DNA of 64,000 nt from Eledone cirrhosa (Eukaryota): the NCBI GenBank assembly GCA_964016885.1, contig CAXHJY010000401.1:248001-312000 (forward strand), written 5' to 3'. The notes beneath the pieces are model-generated. The model did not search any database, was not told the origin of the DNA, and saw nothing but the letters and a program-made list of their open reading frames with translations. The stretch's first letter is position 1; each line of letters opens with the position of its first letter. Below, piece after piece: positions 58,458 to 64,000 of the stretch. The position numbers were made by a program, and so were the translations under genes.

Positions 58458-58895
58458 TATACAGAACTTAATTATATGTTTTTAATACAGAAGGTGTCCC
58501 TGGAAATGTTTGTGGTCCTGCCAGAAAACGTACCTTACTCAGTTATATATTCTATATACAGAAAATTGCCCTGGGAGAATGCGTGTTACTATTGGAGCTT
58601 GCTTAACTGTGTTTTGCATGCGAATGGGGTCCCTGGGAAACGTTTGCCACTGTTGGAGCTCACTTAGCTATAAGCCCTTCACACACAAGGTATCCCGAGG
58701 AAAATGATTTGCCACATATCGTCGAGGCTCACTTCATTTCTTTGTGACAATAGCTCACTAAACTGTTTTTTTTCATACAGAAGGGGTCCCTGGGAAGCTG
58801 TTGCTACTGCCAGAGCTCTCTTAGCTATATATCCTTCACACAGAAGGTGTCCCTGAGAAATACAGTTTACCACTGCCAGAGCTCTCTTAGCTCTA
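58458..58895. repeat. Old degenerate tandem repeat (~60-70-bp unit)
   Basis: Recurrent a(c/t)acagaagg(t/g)gtccctg(g/a)gaa...ccactg...gagctc.cttagcta. Confidence 0.6.
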
Positions 58896-59212
58896 TATCT
58901 TTGTCTGTCTGTCTGTCTGTCTATCCGTTTGTTGAGAGATAGAAAGGGGTAGAGAAGGAAAGAGAGCCGAGAAGAGAGGGAGTCAGATAGAGCGAGAGAG
59001 AAAGAGTCAGAGAGAGAGAGAGAGAGAAGAGAGAGAGTCAGAAAGAGAAAGAAAGAAAGAGAGAGAAGAGAGAGGGGTGAGCTATCTATCCCCCACCAAC
59101 ACATCTGTACACAAGATGTCTGTGAACCCACCCACCCACCCACCCACCCAGCCACACATTTTAAAAACATTTATTCTTTACACTTTTAGAAGAATTAATT
59201 CTGTCGGGTTTA

Positions 59213-60085
59213 GAGGGGTGTTGTATGTTTGTCAAGTTATACAGAGGACAATTTTAAGGGGGTGTTGTATGTTTGTCAAGTTATACAGAGGACAATTTTA
59301 AGGGGGTGTTGTATGTTTGTCAAGTTATACAGAGGACAATTTTAAGGGGGTGTTGTATGTTTGTCAAGTTATACAGAGGACAATTTTAAGGGGGTGTTGT
59401 ATGTTTGTCAAGTTATACAGAGGACAATTTTAAGGGGGTGTTGTATGTTTGTCAAGTTATACAGAGGACAATTTTAAGGGGGTGTTGTATGTTTGTCAAG
59501 TTATACAGAGGACAATTTTAAGGGGGTGTTGTATGTTTGTCAAGTTATACAGAGGACAATTTTAAGGGGGTGTTGTATGTTTGTCAAGTTATACAGAGGA
59601 CAATTTTAAGGGGGTGTTGTATGTTTGTCAAGTTATACAGGAGACAATTTTAATGGGGTGTTGTATGTTTGTCAAGTTATACAGGGGACAATTTTAAGGG
59701 GGTGTTGTATGTTTGTCAAGTTATACAGAGGACAATTTTAAGGGGGTGTTGTATGTTTGTCAAGTTTTACAGGGGAAAATTTTAAGGGGGTGTTTTATGT
59801 TTGTCAAGTTATACAGAGGACAATTTTAAGGGGGTGTTGTATGTTTGTCAAGTTTTACAGGGGACAATTTTAGGGGGTGTTGTATGTTTGTCAAGTTTTA
59901 CAGGGTACATTATAAGGGCAGAGGTTGTATGTTTGTCAAGTTTTACAGGGGTCATTTTCAGGGGGTGTTGTATGTTTGTCAAGTTATACAGAGGACAATT
60001 TTAGGGGGTGTTGTATGTTTGTCAAGTTTTAGGGGCGGTGTTGTGTTGTATGCTTGTCAAGTTTTACATGGGACAATGTTAGGGG
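59213..60085. repeat. 44-bp minisatellite, ~19-20 copies
   Basis: Unit gggggtgttgtatgtttgtcaagttatacagaggacaattttaa; homogeneous at the 5' side and decaying towards the 3' side. Confidence 0.97.
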
Positions 60086-61595
60086 TTTTCGAAATATATT
60101 TTTCTATATTTTTATCTTGTTTAAAAATGTTTGGGGGATGATGTTATTCTTATATTTTCACTGTTGTTGTTGGTGGTGGTGGTGGTGGTTGTTGTTGTTG
60201 TTGTAGTAACAGTAGTAGTAGTAGTAGTAGCAGTAGCTGTAGCAGTAGCAGTAGTAGTAATAGTAGTAGCTGTAGTAGTAGTAGCTGTAGTAGTAGTAGC
60301 TGTAATAGTAGTAGCTGTAGTAGTAGCAGTAGTAGTAGTAGTAGCAACAGTAGTAGTAGCAACAGCAGTAGCAGTAGTAGTATTTGTAGTAGCAGTACAG
60401 AAGTAGTAGTAGTGGTAATAGTAGCAGTAGTAGTAGCAGTAGTAGTAGTAGCATTAGCTGTAGTAGTAGCAGTAGTAGTAGTAGTAGTAGCATTAGCTGT
60501 AGTAGTAGTAGTAGTAGTAGTAGCATTAGCTGTAGTAGTAGTAGTAGTAGTAGTAGCTGTAGTAGTAGTAGTAGTAGTAATAGCAGAAGTAGTAATAGTA
60601 GTAGTAATAGTAGTATGTATTGATGTTATTGTTATTGTTGTTGCGACATTTTTGTCAAGTGGTGATTTACGTTAGACTTCATTACTCATAGTGTGTGTGT
60701 GTGTACATGTGTGTGTGTGTGTATATGTATGTGTGTACATGTATGTGTGTGTATGTATGATTGTGTGTGTATACATGTGTGTGTACATGTATGATTGTGT
60801 GTATACATGTATGTGTGTGTGTCTGAGTGTGTATATATATGAATATGAGTGTGTGTATTATGTGTGAGTGTGTGTGTATTTATGTATGTATGTGTATGTA
60901 TGTATGTATATGTCTGTGTATGTGGTGTGTGTGTGTGTGTGTGTATAACTAACAACCTCTCCACAAGTTCAGATGTTGAATTATATCTTATAAACAAGCC
61001 TTTTTATTTTTATTCGTATTCTTCTTATTACTATTATTATTGCCCTTTCTGTCTGCCTTCCCTCCCTTACTTCACTCTCCTGTGTCGTCGTTGAAATATC
61101 ACAAACAAAACCTAAAATAAACATAATATAATAGAAATATAAAGTCAAAATAGAAGCAGACGACCAACAAACCTGCAACGCCATTTTGTTGGTTATTCGT
61201 TCATAAAAACATTTACGACAAACTTTGATGCCAAAACAATTTTTTATGGAGAAGGGGTTGACTGGGGTGGGTTGTAATGGTACAGGGAAGGTTTGGAACT
61301 GGGGTCGAGGAACACAGGGTCTCTCGCCCTTAAAACATCGTCATCGTCTTCTTTGCCTGTTTCTTCTTTTTTCTTTTTCTTCTTTTTCTTCTTTTTCTTT
61401 TTCTTTTTTCTTCTTCTTCTTTTTCTTTTTATTCTTCCTCTTCTTCGCCTTTTTCTTCTTCTTCTTCTTCGCCTTTTTCTTCTTCTTTTTCACCTTCTTC
61501 TTCATCTTCTTCGCCTTTTTCTTCTTCTTCTTCTTCTCGGGGCAATATAGAAAGAGGGGGGAGAGAGAGTCAAGCAATAGACAGTAAAATGTCAA

Positions 61596-61960
61596 CACCA
61601 CCACCACCACCACACTCTACCACCACCACCACCACAACACTCTACCACCACCACCACATTCTACCACCACCACCACCACCACACTCTACCACCACCACCA
61701 CCACCACAACACTCTACCACCACCACCACATTCTACCACCACCACACTCTACCACCACCACCACCACCACCACCACACTCTACCACCACCACCACCACAC
61801 TCTACCACCACCACCACACTCTACCACCACCACCACACTCTACCACCACCACCACACTCTACCACCACCACCACACTCTACCACCACCACCACCACCACA
61901 CTCTACCACACTCTACCACACTCCACCACACTCTACCACACTCCACCACACTCCACCACA
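61596..61960. repeat. (CCA)n/cactcta compound microsatellite
   Basis: Direct reading. Confidence 0.9.
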
Positions 61961-62099
61961 ATAACCAATGACATATAATATATTGATTGTCGTCTGTTGG
62001 CCCTTGACAAAAAAAAAGGGTTTTACCTTCCCCCCCTCCTCCTCCTCCTTATGCTCCTTTGTTCTTTTTCAGTCAGAAGTTTTCACCAGACATAGGTTG

Positions 62100-62255
62100 T
62101 ACGTATGTTTGTAGTGGTAGCATTCAGTTTTATTGTAACCCCCACTGTCCCTGTCTTTGTATTGTCCCCTATATGTCGACCCCACTGTCCCTGTCTTTGT
62201 ATTGTCCCCTATATGTCGGCCCTTATGGCCAATAAATGAAATTATTATTACTATT
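62100..62255 (+). repeat. Probable LINE 3' UTR end with ~40-bp tandem duplication
   Basis: ccccactgtccctgtctttgtattgtcccctatatgtcg twice, then gcccttatggccaataaa and (att)n. A related end (gcccttgtggccaataaagaaa) lies on the minus strand at ~63682-63710. Confidence 0.45.
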
Positions 62256-62447
62256 GGGCGGTGGCTTGGCAGTATCGGAGAGTATCAGACGAGATGCTTT
62301 GCAGCATATTGTTATGGCCCTTTACGTTCTGAATTCAAATCCCGCCGAGGTTAAATTTGCCTTTCATCCTTAAGGGGTCGATAAAATAAAGTACCAGTAA
62401 TGTACTGGGGTAATTTGCTGGCCTTGTGCCAAAAGTAGAAATATTTA
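62256..62447 (+). mobile_element. SINE S1, full length
   Basis: Starts ggcggtggcttggcagtatcgg; B box gaattcaaatccc; S1 body and tail. Confidence 0.88.
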
Positions 62448-62632
62448 TTATTGATGTTGTTTCGTTTAGATCAGTTCTGTTTCTGTATTGCCAGGTTCAG
62501 GCCTTCAACCTAGGGCAACCTAGGGTAACATAGGGCAACCTAGGGCAATTGAGGTTTTCATTGTCGAGAGAGAACTCATTCGTTTTATATTTTTTCATCC
62601 CGTTAGTAAAATAAGTTGGATTACTGTGAATA

Positions 62633-62807
62633 AATAATTGTTTCTACGTTTGGCACCAGGCCAGCAATTATCCCAGTGCATTACTGGTACTTTATTTTAT
62701 CGACCCCGTAAGGATGAAAGGCAAAGTTAACCTCGGCGGGATTTGAACTCAGATCATAAAGGGAGGTAACTCTATGCTTCAAAGCATGGCGCCCGAACCT
62801 CCACCGC
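62633..62807 (-). mobile_element. SINE S1
   Basis: Reverse-complement copy, inverted relative to 62256-62447. Confidence 0.88.
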
Positions 62808-63620
62808 AAATAATGAATGAATATTACAAAATGTATCGACAACATTTCGTAACTCTTTATTAAACATAAATATTCTTAAATATAATGATTGCTTATTTTA
62901 AGATTCACTTCTTTTCAATTTTCAAATGTCAATACATCTGGTTATGATATAATGGATGCTATATTATATCACTTATATAAACATTCATATATTAACATCG
63001 TTATATCATAACATTTATATTTCCGTCGCTAATTTTCTCCTTTTTTGTTTTCATTACATTTCACCGTAATACAGTTTATATATAATATCATCTTTTTTAA
63101 ATATATCATGGATTACTTTACTGATTACAGAAGACAGTGTAACACAGTCTCTCTTCAATTTCTGTGTATATTGTCAATTACGATTATATTTGATGTATCA
63201 TATCTACATGTATGTATATTTGTGTATAATATCAATATTCACACTACACATACTAGCAGAAAACTATCCTGAGGGTGATTATCTACTAGATTGTGTTAAT
63301 AACCATAATTAATTTGTGGGATATATCAATAATTGTGGGAAATATTGTGGGATATATCAACAGTTGTGGGATATATCGATAACTGTGGGATATCTCGATA
63401 ACTTTGATGTCTTTATTGGATTTTTGGATGATCGTCTCCGATCAACTATTGATTGTTCTGATGAATTTGTTCAATATTTGCCACCAGAGAATTCTGTAGA
63501 GATATACTCTACAACTGTTTAACCCTAGGTGGCACTGAGTAGGACTGTTAGTGGTATGATGTTGCAGTACCATACATGGAGTGAAGTACCTCGTGGCGTT
63601 GGGATTTCGTCAGCATTTTA

Positions 63621-63683
<63 letters not shown>

Positions 63684-63791
63684 GGTTTCTTTATTGGCCA
63701 CAAGGGCTAACATGAAAAAAAACATTACAGACGGCACAGAACGGTATAGGACGATACAAAGTGGGTTTTGACCGTGTAAAAATAATAGTAA

Positions 63792-63819
63792 CTAGCAGAA
63801 TCGCCCGGCGTTGCTCGGG
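63792..63819 (-). mobile_element. Helitron-type 3' terminus
   Basis: Reverse strand: CCCGagcaacgcCGGG hairpin, then cgattctg-CTAG-t. Confidence 0.6.
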
Positions 63820-64000
63820 ATTTGCTATAGGGTTCTTATATATTTGATATATATTTATCCTTTATCGAGCCTCGTGAAATAAATACGTTTGTTTATATTT
63901 TGTTATTGTGTATGCATAAATATCTGTACACGAATATATAATTATATATATATACATATACATACACATATATATATACATATATATATATACACATATA

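Overview
This is eukaryotic (animal) genomic DNA, dominated by (TA)n, (CA)n, (TATG)n and trinucleotide microsatellites. The SINE families and repeat landscape look like an octopod cephalopod (inference). Almost all ORFs in the supplied track are microsatellite artefacts. I can support one host coding exon: a 281-nt internal Wnt exon at 38188-38468 (+), most similar to Wnt11. It has no ATG start, so the track misses it; the rest of the window is probably very long intron. Repeats include about 14 loci of a tRNA-derived SINE, two other SINE types, RTE- and CRE-like LINE remnants, Helitron-type ends and many minisatellites, several born from LINE or SINE sequence. The most striking structure is a set of short elements embedded in (TA)n tracts. 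About 14 of them carry type-I hammerhead ribozyme motifs from at least 7 sequence families, mostly with palindromic helix III. Several are head-to-head fold-back palindromes centred just 5' of the catalytic core. They resemble the pseudo-LTRs of Penelope-like elements or retrozymes. The Wnt exon is also tightly bracketed by an inverted SINE pair. All structures were read by eye; no folding or database search was run.
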